DNA from: Mobula hypostoma
Lineage: Eukaryota
Direction of reading: 5' to 3'
DNA: 64,000 bases
Assembly: GCF_963921235.1 (NCBI RefSeq)
Contig: NC_086097.1
Coordinates: 119,352,001-119,416,000 of the forward strand
Within the stretch, counting starts at the first letter, position 1, and each line of letters begins with the position of its first letter. Made by a program: the position numbers and the translations under genes. Positions 24,189 through 37,902 of the stretch are shown here, one piece after another. The notes beneath the pieces were generated by a model, which had not been told where the DNA came from, ran no database searches, and saw only the letters and a program-made list of their open reading frames with translations.

Positions 24189-27146
24189 CATAGAACCATA
24201 GAACCATAGAAACTACAGCACAGAAAAAGGCCCTTTGGCCCTTCTTGGCTGTGCCGAAACATTTTCTGCCTAGTCCCACTGACCTGCACACGGACCATAT
24301 CCCACCATACACCTCCCATCCATGTATCTGTTCAATTTATTCTTAAATGTTAAAAAAGAACCCGCATTTACCACCTCGTCTGGCAGCTCATTCCATACTC
24401 CCACCACTCTCTGTGTGAAGAAGCCCCCCCACAATGTTCCCTTTAAACTTTTCCCCCCTCACCCTTAACCCATGTCCTCTGGTTTTTTTCTCCCCTTGCC
24501 TCAGTGGAAAAAGCCTGCTTGCATTCACTCTATCTATACCCATCATAATTTTATATACCTCTATCAAGTCTCCCCTCATTCTTCTACGCTCCAGGGAATA
24601 AAGTCCTAACCTATTCAACCTTTCTCTGTAACTGAGTTTCTCAAGTCCCGGCAACATTCTTGTAAACTTTCTCTGCACTCTTTCAACCTTATTTATATCC
24701 TTCCTGTAATTTGGTGACCAAAACTGAACACAATGCTCCAGATTCGGCCTCACCAATGCCTTATACAACCTCATCATAACATTCCAGCTCTTATACTCAA
24801 TACTTCAATTAATAAAGGCCAATGTACCAAAAGCTCTCTTTACGACCCTATCTACCTGTGACGACACTTTTAGGGAATTTTGTATCTGTATTCCCAGATC
24901 CCTCTGTTCCACTGCACTCCTCAGTGCCTTACCATTAACCCTGTATGTTCTACTTTGGTTTGTCCTTCCAACGTGCAATACCTCACACTTGTCAGTATTA
25001 AACTCCATCTGCCATTTTTCAGCCCATTTTTCCAGCTGGTCCAAGACCCTCTGCAGGCTCTGAAAACCTTCCTCACTGTCTACTACACCTCCAATCTTTG
25101 TATCATCAGCAAACTTTCTGATCCAATTTACCACATTATCATCCAGATCATTGATATAGATGACAAATAACAATGGACCCAGCACTGATCTCTGTGGCAC
25201 ACCACTAGTCACAGGCCTCCACTCAGAGAAGTAATTCTCTACCACCACTCTCTGGCTTCTTCCATCAAGCCAATGTCTAATCCAATTTACCACCTCTCCA
25301 TGTATACCTAGCGACTGAATTTTCCTAACTAACCTCCCATGCGGGACCTTGTCAAAGGCCTTACTGAAGTCCATGTAGACAATATCCACTGCCTTCCCTT
25401 CATCCACTTTCCTGGTAACCTCCTCGAAAAACTCCGACAGATTGGTCAAACATGACCTACCACGTACAAAGCCATGTTGACTCTCCCTAATAAGCCCCTG
25501 TCTATCCAAATGCTTGTAGATTCTGTCTCTTAGTACTCCCTCCAATAACTTACCTACTACCGATGTTAAACTCACCGGCCTATAATTTCCCGGATTACTT
25601 TTCGATCCTTTTTTAAACAATGGAACAACATGAACCACTCTCCAATCTTCCGGCACTTCACCCGTAGACAGCGACATTTTAAATATTTCTGCCAGGGCCC
25701 CCGCAACTTCAATACTAGTCTCCTTCAAGGTCCGAGGGAACACTCTGTCAGGTCCTGGGGATTTATCCACTTTAATTTTCCTCAAGACAGCAAGCACCTC
25801 CTCCTTTTCAATCTGTACAGTTTCCATGGTCTCACTACTTGATTCCCTCAATTCCATAGATTTCATGCCAGCTTCCTTAGTAAATACAGACGCAAAAAAC
25901 CTATTCACGATCTCCCCCATTTCCTTTGGTTCCGCACAAAGTCAACCACTCTGATCTTCAAGAGGACCAATTTTATCCCTTACAATCCTTTTGCTCTTAA
26001 TATACTTGTAAAAGCTCTTTGGATTATCCTTCACTTTGACTGCCAAGGCAACCTCATGTCTTCTTTTAGCCCTCCTGATTTCTTTCTTTAGTATTTTCTT
26101 GCACTTCTTATACTCCTCAAGCACCTGATTTACCCCCTGTTTCCTATACATTTCATACAACTCCCTCTTCTTCTTTATCAGAGTTGCAATATCCCTTGAG
26201 AACCAAGGTTCCTTATTCCTATTCAATTTGCCTTTAATCCTGACAGGAACATACAAACTCTGCACTCTCAAAATTTCCCCTTTGAAGGCTTCCCACCTAC
26301 CAATCACATCTTTGCCAGAGAACAACCTGTCCCAATCCACGCTTTTTAGATCCTTTCTCATTTCTTCAAATTTGGCCTTCTTCCAGTTCAGAACCTCAAC
26401 GCTAGGACCAGATCTATCCTTGTCCATGATCAAATTGAAACTAATGGTGTTATGATCACTGGAACCAAAGTGCTCCCCTACACAGATTTCCGTCACTTGT
26501 CCTAACTCGTTTCCTAACAGGAGATCCAATATTGCATCCCCTCTAGTTGGTCCCTCTATATATTGATTTAGAAAACTTTCCTGAACACATTTTACAAACT
26601 CTAAATCATCTAGACCCCTAACAGTATGGGAGTCCCAATCAATGTATTTGAAATTAAAATTCCCTACCACCACAACTTTATGTTTCCTGCAGTTGCCTGC
26701 TATCTCTCTGCAGATTTGCTCTTCTAAGTCTCATTGACTATTGGGTGGTCTGTAATACAATCCCACCAATGTGGCCATACCTTTCCTGTTTCTCAGCTCC
26801 ACCCATAAGGACTCAGTAGACAAGCCCTCTAATCTGTCCTGCCTGAGCACTGCTGTAATATTTTCCCTAACAAGCAATGCTACTCCCCCACCTTTCATTC
26901 CTCTGCCTCGATCACATTTGAAACATCGGAACCCTGGAATATTAAGCTGCCAGTCCTGCCCCTCCTGTAGCCAAGTTTCACTAATTTCTATAACGTCATA
27001 ATTCCACGTGTCAATCCACGCCCTCAACTCATCCGCCTTCCCCACAATACTCCTAGCATTGAAATATATACACCTCAGAAGATTTTTACCACCACTCACA
27101 ACCTTTCCATCGGCGGATTTGCTTAAACTTTTAACATCATTTATTT
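24189..27146 (-). mobile_element. Young CR1 LINE covering all of ORF2, inserted into an older CR1 (remnants 24115-24188 and 27147-27322)
   Basis: (CCATAGAA)n tail at 24189. Flanking remnants join colinearly (FQES...DDWKIANVTPLFKKG). Confidence 0.95.
24270..27099 (-). pseudogene. CR1 ORF2 (APE endonuclease + RT), disrupted by 3 in-frame TGA and one late frameshift
   Basis: Four listed ORFs share one frame: [42 protein letters not shown]. Frameshift in the G-run near 24430. Confidence 0.93.
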
Positions 27147-27747
27147 TCTAGTGATTCTTGAAAGATCATTACCGGTGCCTCCACAATCTCTTTTGCTGCT
27201 TCTTTCAGAACCCTGGGGTGTAAACCGTCTAGTCCGGGTGATTTACCTACCTGACTTTTCAGCTTTCCAAGCACTTCCTCCTTAGTTATAGCAGTAACAA
27301 TCACTTCTACTCCCTGGCACTCAAAAGGGAAATATTTGAGGGGGAGCTCTTTCACTCAGTGGGGGGAGGGGGGTCCATGTGTGCAATGAGCTGCCGGTGG
27401 AAGTGGGTTTTTAAGAGAGATTTGGAGAGGTACCCGGGTGGGGGGGGTGGGGCTTAAGCGCTGTGGTCCAGCTGCAGGTCAGTGGGACTAAGAAGAGTAA
27501 TAGTTTGGTATGAACTATATGGGTCGACGTTCTTGCTTTCTTGCTGTAGTGCTCTATGACTCTATTATTCTATGAACCCAAGCTTCTGTTCCTTGCTTGA
27601 AGTAAGTTAGGCAGCAATATCCCATAACACGTGGACTCAATTACCTTATGTTCATGGCATTATTAGGCCAGCAAAACAAGCCTTCTTGTTCGGTTTCACT
27701 TCGGATAACCCTCACATTTGAGCAGCTTTGGATTCCTTATCTAAGAA

Positions 27748-27831
27748 AGCAACACACATCAAAGTTTTTGGTGAACGCAGCAGGCCAGGCAGCATCTTTC
27801 GGAAGAGGTACAGTCGAAGTTTCGGGCCGAG
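27748..27831 (-). mobile_element. Penelope pLTR fragment ending in hammerhead stem II
   Basis: Near-identical to 16200-16282. Confidence 0.85.
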
Positions 27832-27832
27832 T

Positions 27833-28345
27833 CTGGCATGTGCTGACATTGGGGAGGGTTCAAAGGAGATCCACAAAAATAACTCGGCAATTGAAAGGCT
27901 ATGAGGAACATTTGATGGCTGTGAGCCTGTGCTCACTGGAATTCAAGAGAATGAGGGGAGTATCTCATTGAAGCCTATCGAATGTTGGAAGACCTCGATA
28001 GAGTAGATGTGGAGAGGATGTTTCCTATGGAGAGGGAGTCTAAGACCACAGACTCAGAGTAGAAGGACGTCTATTTAGAATGGAGATGATGAATTTCTTT
28101 AGCCAGATAGAATTTGTTGCCACAGGTGTGGAGGAGGCCAAGTCATTGTGTATATTTAAGGCAGAGGTTGATAGATTCTTGATTAGTCAGGACATGAAGG
28201 GATTGCATTTCTGGTTAGATGCTAACTGCCTTTCATTGGCTTTGTATCTGTACTCGGCACAATGACAATAAAGGTGAATCTAATCTAACCTAATGGGCCA
28301 AATGGCCTAATTCAGCTCCTGTATCTTACAGTCTTAAGGTCTTAT
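27833..28345 (+). mobile_element. CR1 3' fragment
   Basis: LGRVQRR..., SLEFKRMRG; CR1-type 3' UTR. Confidence 0.75.
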
Positions 28346-29837
28346 TAAACAAATCCCTGGCTTGCTGATTGAGAGCTATGTGGAAGAGACTACACAGCAT
28401 CAACGCAGGAACCACCAGACTCCAAAACAGTTACATTTCCCAAGCCATCAGGCTGAACAATAGCTCCACCCACTAACCCAAACCAATACCCCAACCATTA
28501 CTACATACACATCACCTAATGCCACTTTATGTACATGCAATCAGTCTATATATATAACCAATACTTGTACAATGTGCTTTTCAGGATTGCGTTTATAGTT
28601 ACATGTATTGTGGTTACTTTTTGATTGTGTTCTCTATGCTTATTGTGTATTTTTATACTACACCAGATCTGGAGTAATAATCAGTTTGTTCTCCTTAACA
28701 CTCATGTACTGAAGAATGACCATAAACAATCTCGAATCTTGAAAACAGTAGACAGCGATCATATCTCAGTTTTAATCCTCACTGTGACATTTTATTCCTT
28801 AATGCTGAATAATGTGTTTTATAATCATAACTCTAATGCTTTTACCAATCTTTCTTTACATTCGCTGCACTGGTAGAGAAAGCCGGGACATTTTCCTTTG
28901 GGAAGCATAACTGAGAAGAAAGGGCAGCTGAGGGCAGCAGCTCACAGCAGAAATTTTCCACACTGGTTGGTCCTTAAAGCTTAATGAAAGCTAAATTGTT
29001 CTGAAGTCATGCTGTGAGCCCATTATGTTCTGCTTTAAAGATCATTAGAGCGAGCCAAGCTTTATAGACTTTAGTTGTGGCATAAACTGTGCTTTTGCCG
29101 GGCTCAGCAGCCATTAATAGGCAGATATTATCGGGTCTCCAGGAGCCTTCAATAGCTTTTCATATCTCCAATTAAATTGTGTCAACAAACAGTCCCAGTG
29201 CAGGAACAGTACCAGCTACTACATATTGCTTTTAACTTTTAGAAGTTCAGTAAGATATAAACGGGGCTTGCCATTCCTTATCAGATCTGTACATAGAATG
29301 GCAACTTTAAAGAGACCCACCAAGTGTTTTAGTGCTCAGTTCTCAGGGCAATCTATTTGCAAAACTTTATTCAACATACATTATTTTCTGCTAGCTCTGT
29401 TAAAGTAAGAGCAGAAATGAGTGTCGCAGTGAAAATAACATAGCTACGGTCCCAGATATTTAATGATGAGTTATATCAAAGAAAATGGCAAAATTGTTTG
29501 TGCTGCAATAACATCCCACAGACAAGAACTTCAGACTAAATTTCTATTTACCAGCACATTGGTGATTGATGTGAAAACAAGAACACATTTTAAGTTAAAC
29601 TGAAGTAATATTGTTTGTCCATGAATTTCGAAGAGGGTACAAACAATCGCAGCAAACATTTTATGTTCATTACTAGTCAAAGATATTATTCAATATGTCT
29701 TGCCATTGAGACTTACACTGAGAACACCCAGAGAAATGGATGGGACTGCCACAGGGTTGTGGAGCTAATGTTTTCCTGTTTCCATTTGCAAATAAGCTAT
29801 ACCTGCATAAACACACTGTTCTAGTTTATTGCAGCTC

Positions 29838-30140
29838 CAGAATCAGAATCAGGTTAATTATTACTGTTATATGTCATGAAATTCATTGTTTTGTGGCAGC
29901 AGTACAGTGCAATACATAAAATATACTATAAATTACAATAAGAAATATAATAAATGCATATAATAAAATTTAAATAAATACTACAAAAAGAAAGGAAAAA
30001 TAATGAAGTAGAGTTCATAGGTTGACTTACCATTCAGAAATCTGATGGCAGAGGGGAAGGAGCTGTTCTTAAAGCGTTATATGTTCATCTTCGAGCTCCT
30101 GTACCTCCTCCCTTCTGGTAGCAATGAGAAGACGGCGTGT
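29838..30140 (-). mobile_element. Rex1/Babar 3' fragment
   Basis: (AGAATC)n tail; GGGAAGGAGCTGTTCTT motif shared with ~56240. Confidence 0.7.
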
Positions 30141-30909
30141 CAGAACGTGGCAATGTTTTTCACATACCTGTTTAAAAAGAAGCTTTGGGAAAAGAAAGGA
30201 ATTAAAACTCTGTTAAGTTTTAAGAGTTGCAAGTTGAAGTATTCTTCGGCTTACACCCAATTACAAAATTTCTGTTGTAAGGTTATCTTTCTTCATTCTC
30301 ATGAAGCTTAAGTGCAGTTTTCACCATGTGCAGCATTCACAAGGATAACACAGAAATTGCAGAGTGGAATTTCATAGTGTATATTTTATTGTGATGTCAA
30401 TTTTTGGCATACTCAACTAATGTGGTATCTTGTTACAGAGACACAAGAGAAAGCACATGCTTAAATCTGGTCTCAAGACACTGACAGTTCCTCTCCCCCC
30501 CATCCCACCCCCAGCCACAGATGCTTCTCAATCCACTGAATTCCACCAGCAGTTTGTTTGCGGCAGTTTGTTACCTATGGCAGCTTTGAAAACCTTCAGC
30601 GTTTTGTAAACTTGCTTCTGAAAAATGTCTTCTTGTAATCTACATATGCTGTTTTGTCTATAAAAGAATGATCAACAAAAGTTTGATCACATAATTAAGT
30701 TGAAAAGTAGATACTCTTGTACACATGTTATAAAGCTGGTTAAATAATATCCATTATTTGTGGAAGAGAGGTATAGGGCTTGTTTTGTCATGCATTGTGT
30801 TGTGTTTTGTTGTATTCTTGCGTTGTTCTGTGGAGCAGTGTGGGCATACTATATTGGCACCAAAATGTGTGGCAACACTTGTGGGCTCCCCAACAAATCA
30901 TTATGTTGA

Positions 30910-31440
30910 CCATAAGATCACAAGACATAGAAGCAGAATTAGGCTATTCAGCCCATCATTTGCTATTCTCTGCTATTCCTTCATGGCATATTTATTATCC
31001 CTCTCAACCCCATTCTCCTACCGTCTCCCTGTAACTTTTGACACCCTTACAAATCAAGAATCTATCAAACTCCTCTTTAAATATACCCAGTGACAGCTTC
31101 CACAGCCACATGGTAATGAATTCCACAGATTCACCACCCTCTGGCTAAAGTAATTCCTCATCATTTCTGTTCTAAAGGGATGTTGTTCTATTCTGAAACT
31201 GTGCCCTCTGGTCTTAGACTCCCCCATCATAGAAAACATCCTCTCCATGTCTACTCTATCTAGGCCTTTCAATATTTGACAATGTTTTAATGAGGAGCGC
31301 CCCCCCCCCCCACCATTCTGCACTCCAGTGATTACAGGCCCAGACTATTCATAATACTTAAAGTGTGGTTTGACCAATGCCTTCCAAAGGTTAAGCATTA
31401 CATCCTTTCTTTTACATTCTAGTCCTCTTGAAATAAATGA
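30910..31440 (-). mobile_element. CR1 3' fragment
   Basis: LKGLDRVD...TRGHS...FSQRVVNLWNSLP. Confidence 0.85.
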
Positions 31441-32418
31441 AAATTGGGTTGGTTGTTAACGCAAACAACATATTGTTATAATCTACATGTCATTATACAT
31501 ATGATGAAAAAAATGAATGAAACAGAATAACTTATTTAGACTGTTCAAGTTAAATTTTCTCAAGCCTACCTCTGATTTACTTTGTTTAAACATTATGCAG
31601 TTAATGCAGAGTGCCAGTTTTTCTTGTGTTCACACAATATCCAATTAGTTGAACTGTGAGAATATATTGCATGTAAAAAAAAATTCAAGTCACAAACAAT
31701 GGCTTTAACTTACTCCGCTTTGTACCAAGACTGTATGAAAACATTTCACAAAGTAACAACAGCATCACAATCACAATCTATTTTAATGGTTTCAGGTACT
31801 ATTTATAAAGAAAGTGTGGACACAGCAATATAATTGGTCCACTCAGGGATGTCTACACAATGAGAACTCATAAATTTCACACTGCGTGGTTTATCTCCAC
31901 AACCTGATGTCATAATATAGAGTTGTATACTGCTGGTGGCCATTAAGCGTAAAATAGGTAAATTCTTCACAAATTTTGGAACACTGTACACGTGTCTGTA
32001 CAAACCTGAATAACTTAAAGCAGATGTGATCACTGACTCAAGCAATGTTGGAAATCTGTGCATGCTGAGGAATAATTGGCAGCATATGCATGGGTGTTGG
32101 CAGTGCATTTCAGAGACCTCAGTGGGAGAGATGCACATCTGCAGTGACATTCTGTGCAATAAGTATCCTTGGTCACACATAAGGTGAAATGAATTGGTGG
32201 TAGGAAGAGATGGCTAGTGAGAACAATGCATTTTGTTTTGCCTAAGAGCTTGGTTGTGCACAGTAAGATATTCAATAGTTTTCCATCTGTAATCAAAAGC
32301 TATGCAACGCCTTTCAATGTGTACATTACTTCATGTACTTACAGAATTAATCTTGCTCCAATGTTTTCATATATCACAGAAATACAAATGCTCATTCAAC
32401 CACTTTGGTCAAAGGAAC

Positions 32419-32488
32419 CACACACACACACACTCTCACACACACATACATACACACACACAAACACACACACACACATACACACACA

Positions 32489-32531
<43 letters not shown>

Positions 32532-32750
32532 ACACACACACATACACACACACACATACACACACACAAACACACACACACACATACACACACACACACA
32601 CACATACACACATACACACACACATACACACACACACACATACATACACACAAACACACACACAAACACACACACACACAAACACACACATACAAATGCG
32701 CGCACACAAACACATATGCACGCACGCGTGCACACGCATACACACACATA
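32419..32750. repeat. Compound (CA)n microsatellite, ~330 bp
   Basis: CA repeats interrupted by TA/AA/CG units. Confidence 0.98.
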
Positions 32751-32826
32751 CTTAAACACTCCACCTTCTTTGCTAATAGCTTTATTTTTAATTACTTTCA
32801 TTAAGTGTATTATTCTTTTTTCCATA

Positions 32827-35425
32827 CACTCAGTTGTCACTTTATTAAGTACACCTGTACAGCTATTCATTAATGAAGATGTCTAATTAGCCAATCATGG
32901 CAGCAACTCAATCATAAAGACCTGCAGATATGGTCAAGATGTTCAGTTGCTGTTCACACTAAACATCAGAATGGGGAAGAGATGTGATCTAAGTGCCTGA
33001 CCATGGAATGATTGTTGGTGCTAGATGGGGTGATTTGAGTATCTCAGAAACTGCTGATCCCCTGAGATTTTCACGCATAACAGTCTCAAGAATTTACAGA
33101 AGATGGTGTAAAACACACAAAAAATATCCAGTGAGCATAGTCCTGTTGGTGAAAATCTCATGTTAATGAGGGAGATCAGAGGAGAATGGCCAGACTGGTT
33201 CAAGGAAACAAAAAGCCACAGTATCTCAAATAACCATACATTACAACAGTGGTGTGCAAAAGAACATCTCTGAATGCACAACACAATGGATCATCTGGCT
33301 GTACTTCTGCTCCCTGAGTATAGGCAGAGACTGAAGACTGCAGCATGAGTAGTGAGGACCAAGGAGGTATGGAGAAGTGAAGCACAAGAGCAGCTACAGG
33401 ACTGCTTTGAATCAGTGGACTGGATTGTACTCAGGGATTCACCTTCAAACCTGGATAAGTATGCTGCAGTTGTTACCGACTTCATTAAAACCAGTGTGGA
33501 TGAGTATGTGTCTACAAAGACTCACTGTACGTTCCCAAGCCAAAAGCCGCAGATGAACCAAGAGGTACATTGTCTGCTGAAGGCTAGATCTGTGGCATTC
33601 AAGTCTAGCAACCCAGGCCTGTACCAGAAAACCAAGTATGATGTGTGAAAGGCTATTTCAAGGGCGAAGAGGCAATTTTGAATGAGGTTGGAGGTGACAT
33701 CGGATGCACAGTAACTCTGGCAGGGTTTGCAAGACATTACTTCCTACAAAGCGAAACTCAATAGCATGAGTGGCAGCGATGCTTCACTACCAGATGAATT
33801 CAACGCCTTCTATGCACACTTTGAAAGGTAAAACACAACTACAGCTGTGAAGATCCCTGCTGCACCTGAAGACCCTGTGATCATCATTTCAGAGGCCGAT
33901 GTTTGGCTGTCTTTAAAGAGAGTGGACCCTTGCAGGGTGGAAGGTCCCAATGGAGTACCTGGTAAGGCTCTGAAAACCTGTGCCAACCAACTAGCGGGAG
34001 TATGCAAGGATATTTTCAACCTCTCACTGCTATGGGCAGAAGTTCCCACTTGCATCAAAAAGGCAACAATTATACCAGTGCCTAAGAAGAATAATGTGGG
34101 CTGCCTTAATGACTGTCACCCGGTAGCACTCACATCGACAGTGATGAAATGCTTTGAGAGGTTGGTCATGACTAGACTGAACTCCTGCCTCAGCAAGGAT
34201 CCGGACCCATTGCAATTTGCCTATCGCCACAATAGGCCAATGGCAGACACAATCTCAATGGCTCTCCACACAGCTTTAGATCACCTGGACAACACAAACA
34301 CCTATGTCAGAATGCTGTTCATCATCTATAGCTCAGCATTTAATACCATCATTCCCAAAATCCTGATTGAGAAGTTGCAGAACCCGGACCTCTGTACCTA
34401 CCTCAGCAATGAGATCCTCGACTTCCTAACCATAAGACCACAATCTGTGCAAATTGGTAATAACATATCCTCTTCGCTGACAATCAACACTGGGCCACCT
34501 CAAGGGTGTGTGCTTAGCCCACTGCTTTACTCTATATCCACCCACGACTGTGTGGCTAGCTTTAGCTCAAACATCCTCTATAAATTTGCTGACAATACAA
34601 TCACTGTTGGTAGAATCTCAGATGGTGACAACAGGGCATACAGGAGTGAGATTATGCAACTAGTGGAGTGGTGCTGTAGCAACAACCTGGCACTCAACGT
34701 CAGTAAGATAAAAGAACTGATTGTGGACTTCAGGAAGGGTAAGATGAAGGAACACATAACAATCCCCATTGAGTGATCAGAAGTGGAGAGAGTGAGCAGT
34801 TTCAAGTTCCTGAGAGTCAAGATCTCTAAGGATCTAACCTAGATAAATACATATCGATGTATTTATAAAGAAAACAAGACAGCGGCTATACTTCATTAGA
34901 AATTTAAAGAGATTTGGCATGTCAACAAATACACTCAAAAACATTTATAGATGTTCCGTGGAGAGCATTCTGACAGGCTGCATCACTGTCTGGTATGGGT
35001 GGGGGGGTGGGGGGGGGGCTACTGCACAGGACCAAAGGAAACTGCAGAGGTTTGTAAGTCTAGTCAGTTCCGTCTTGGGTACTAGCCTACAGGGAACGGT
35101 GTCTCAGAAAGGCAGTGTCCATTATTAAGGACCTCCAACACCCAGGGCATGCCCTTTTCTCACTGTTATCATCAGGTAGGAGATACAGAAGCCTGAAGAC
35201 ACATACTCTGTGTTTCAGGAACAGCTTCGTCCCCTCTGCCACCCAATTCCTAAATGGACATTGAATCCTTGGACACTACCTCACTTTTTTTAACATGCCG
35301 GTGAGAATAAACTTGATTCTGATTCTAACTGATTTTGAAGTGGATGGGGTACACAGGACCATGAGCGTACACTCAGTGGCACATTATTAGACCCAGGAGG
35401 TACCTAATAAAGTGATTTTTACCTG
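32827..35425 (+). mobile_element. Tc1-derived MITE split by a Rex1 insertion (32827-33285 and ~35330-35425)
   Basis: TA-CACTCAGTTGTCACTTTATTAAGTAC start. After the LINE tail the MITE resumes (TTGAAGTGGATGGG) and ends in the TIR hairpin. Confidence 0.85.
33286..35326 (+). mobile_element. Rex1/Babar-clade LINE, 5'-truncated; 309-aa RT fragment at 33847-34776
   Basis: PVALTSTVMKCFERLV, DPLQFAYR, YSSAFNTI, GPPQGCVLSPLLYS, KFADN, KELIVDFRK; (GATTCT)n tail. Confidence 0.9.
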
Positions 35426-35742
35426 TATATTTGATTATTAGTGGTAGTTATAGTATTATATGTTCACTGAAGCTGGCTTTTAACACCTTGCTTACTATCA
35501 TGGTCAAGACCTGGATAGAGGCCATTCTGTTTCATGGAATTATAATGGAGCTGATGCTTTAAATTATTAGAAATCACAGGGCTGCTGGCAGTCTGTGTCA
35601 TTACAAGAGTTGGAATGAAAACCAAACACGTATGACAGGTCAGATCACATATGATCCAACCTGTTATTTTGTTTCTCTATCTACATTTGCTGCCTGACCT
35701 GCTGAGTGTTTCCATTATTTTTTGTTCTAGTGCATGTTCAAG

Positions 35743-35950
35743 AGATTCTGCATATGTCGGAAGTCCAGGGTAACACATAGAAAATGCTGGAGGAATTCAG
35801 CAGGCCAGGCAGCATCCATTGAAATGAAAAAACAGACAATATTTCAGAACAAGACCCTCCAACAGTTTTGTCCTGAAACATTGACTGTTGATTCCCCTCC
35901 ACTGATGCTGCCTGACCTGCTGAGTTCCTGTGGTATTCTCTGGGTGTTGA
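35743..35950. mobile_element. Degenerate Penelope-derived fold-back element
   Basis: Inverted arms meet at ~35862 in hammerhead remnants. CATGTTCAAG at 35733-35742 and 35951-35960. Confidence 0.75.
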
Positions 35951-37129
35951 CATGTTCAAGCAATATTTTTGATCAATATTTTTGTGATAGGATAGGGGAA
36001 GAAAGATTTTCCCCACAAGAGAATGCATCATCTCATTGTCATAGAAATTATGCATTATATTAAGTATCTTGAGGATCTTCAACGCCTAATTAGTTTTTTT
36101 TGGATAGTTAAGATCAATAGTATTAACACAGGATTCTGAGAAAAAGGTGCTAAACTTGCAGCATTAATCAATCTGTACACTTTCAACATTTTCTATTTTC
36201 TAACAAGCACAGTAGGTGGCCTTTGGATGATGTTAGCGCTCTGCATCAACAGTGTTCCTCCCTCTGCCAATATTATTGTGACAAGAAGGGACTGGAATCA
36301 GGAGAAACAATCTTAGGAGTTGCAGCTTGACATAAGTTTGATTAGTAACATGCAGGTCAGCAGGCTCAGTGTAATTATAGAGCAGTTTGATAAAGCTCTA
36401 CTTTGACTTGAGCCATCGACCTGCTAGTATGTGCTTTCCAGCTCCCCTTTTCCATTAACTATGAAGCAATTAATGGTAGGCAGCTGCTTACGTTCAAAGT
36501 ATGTGTGTATTGATACCAGGTTTAATTATGTGGAACCTCTGTAACAAGTTACATGCTTGCCGCAAAGAGAAAATGTTTATGGGTTTAAAACGGGAGGGTT
36601 TATTTGATTCATCTTGTTGTAAACTAAGCATACAGAGTGGAAGCAGTTCTGACTGAGTTAATTACACATGTTATTATTGAGATTGCTTCTGGCACAGCAC
36701 ACTTCCTCTGTAGAATCTGATGCATGTTCCTTTCAATAAACTGCCCAACGCTGAAACTGAACTTGCTGATGATACAAGAATCAAGGCATGCTCTCAAAGT
36801 GTTCCACATGAGATCACAGGGGATTATTGGTACCAAATTGTACCAAAACTCATTTCAGTATGATCAGCAGGAAAATAAAGAAATGAAACAGGGATTTGAG
36901 GTTTTGTTGAGAATTAGTCTATATTGTAGGTAGCATAACAACTGCAGTGATCTGTATCTTGTAAGGCTGGGGCTGTTTGTCTTTGAAAACTGCAAGATCT
37001 TAGAACTGGGGAAGACTTTTTCATTTCAGCGGCAAACTAATCAATTCTGGCATGGAAAAAGAGTAGTAAATTTTCATAAGTTGTGAGACAAATTGTATTT
37101 CCCACCATTAGCCTTTCAAAAAAGCAATA

Positions 37130-37902
37130 CCATGGATTTGTGTTAATTGGGCCATTGATTATTTGGGAAAGCTCATCGGTTAATTTGGGACAACTCTTAC
37201 AGATCAAATCGAATCGCGTAAACAACTGAGATATCTTTTATTTATTTGGGACACTATGCCACTTAATTGGGACAGGAGACTGTTGTCGAAGTTTGTAACC
37301 GGTATCTGTCACATGCACTTGTGTTGCTGTTAAACACTGCACTGTGCTTAGAGCAAACGGTTTTTAAATAGCGTCAATGTGCGTGATTGTGTTCAAAACT
37401 CAGTGATTTTTGTCAGTGAGAGTTGCTGAGAAATAAACAGTAAGACAAGTTGGAACTGTTTTGTTCAATGCATTTTCAAGTATTCAGGCTTACAGATGCC
37501 AGAAAGGGCCAGGAGTGAAAATGAAATGATATCACTACTTCAACAAGTTATTGACAATCATCTTGAATATTACAATGAAAATGAAGTTGCAATTGTATGA
37601 AGGCAGTCCATTATCTGTACAAAGTGTCTATGCTGATTTTCTTCATTTAAAATCAATCAAAAGAACACATAAATTCTTCCATCGATAACAACAGGAGCTA
37701 CAGTTTTGTATTATGGAAGTAGTATGGTTAGTGTTCTAATTTTCTTTGCGTTGCATATAAATGCATACTTTGTTACTGTTAAATGGTAATTTGTCTTTTT
37801 GTATGTTTTTAATTATTTTCATGAAACCAGCTAATTGGGGCAGCTCCTTAATTGGGCCAAAATGTGCTGTCCTGACAAGTCTTGATTATCTGGAATCCAC
37901 GG
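37130..37902. mobile_element. pogo/Tigger-like MITE with TA TSD
   Basis: TA-CCATGGATT...AATCCACGG-TA imperfect TIRs; repeated TTAATTGGG sub-terminal motifs. Confidence 0.65.

Noticed and set aside
32217..32886. His/Thr- and Cys/Val-rich ORFs of 116-195 aa
   Set aside because: Translations of the (CA)n microsatellite.
24805..34776. RT ORFs as retron, DGR or group II intron components
   Set aside because: Motifs, APE domain and 3' tails identify them as CR1 and Rex1/Babar LINEs.
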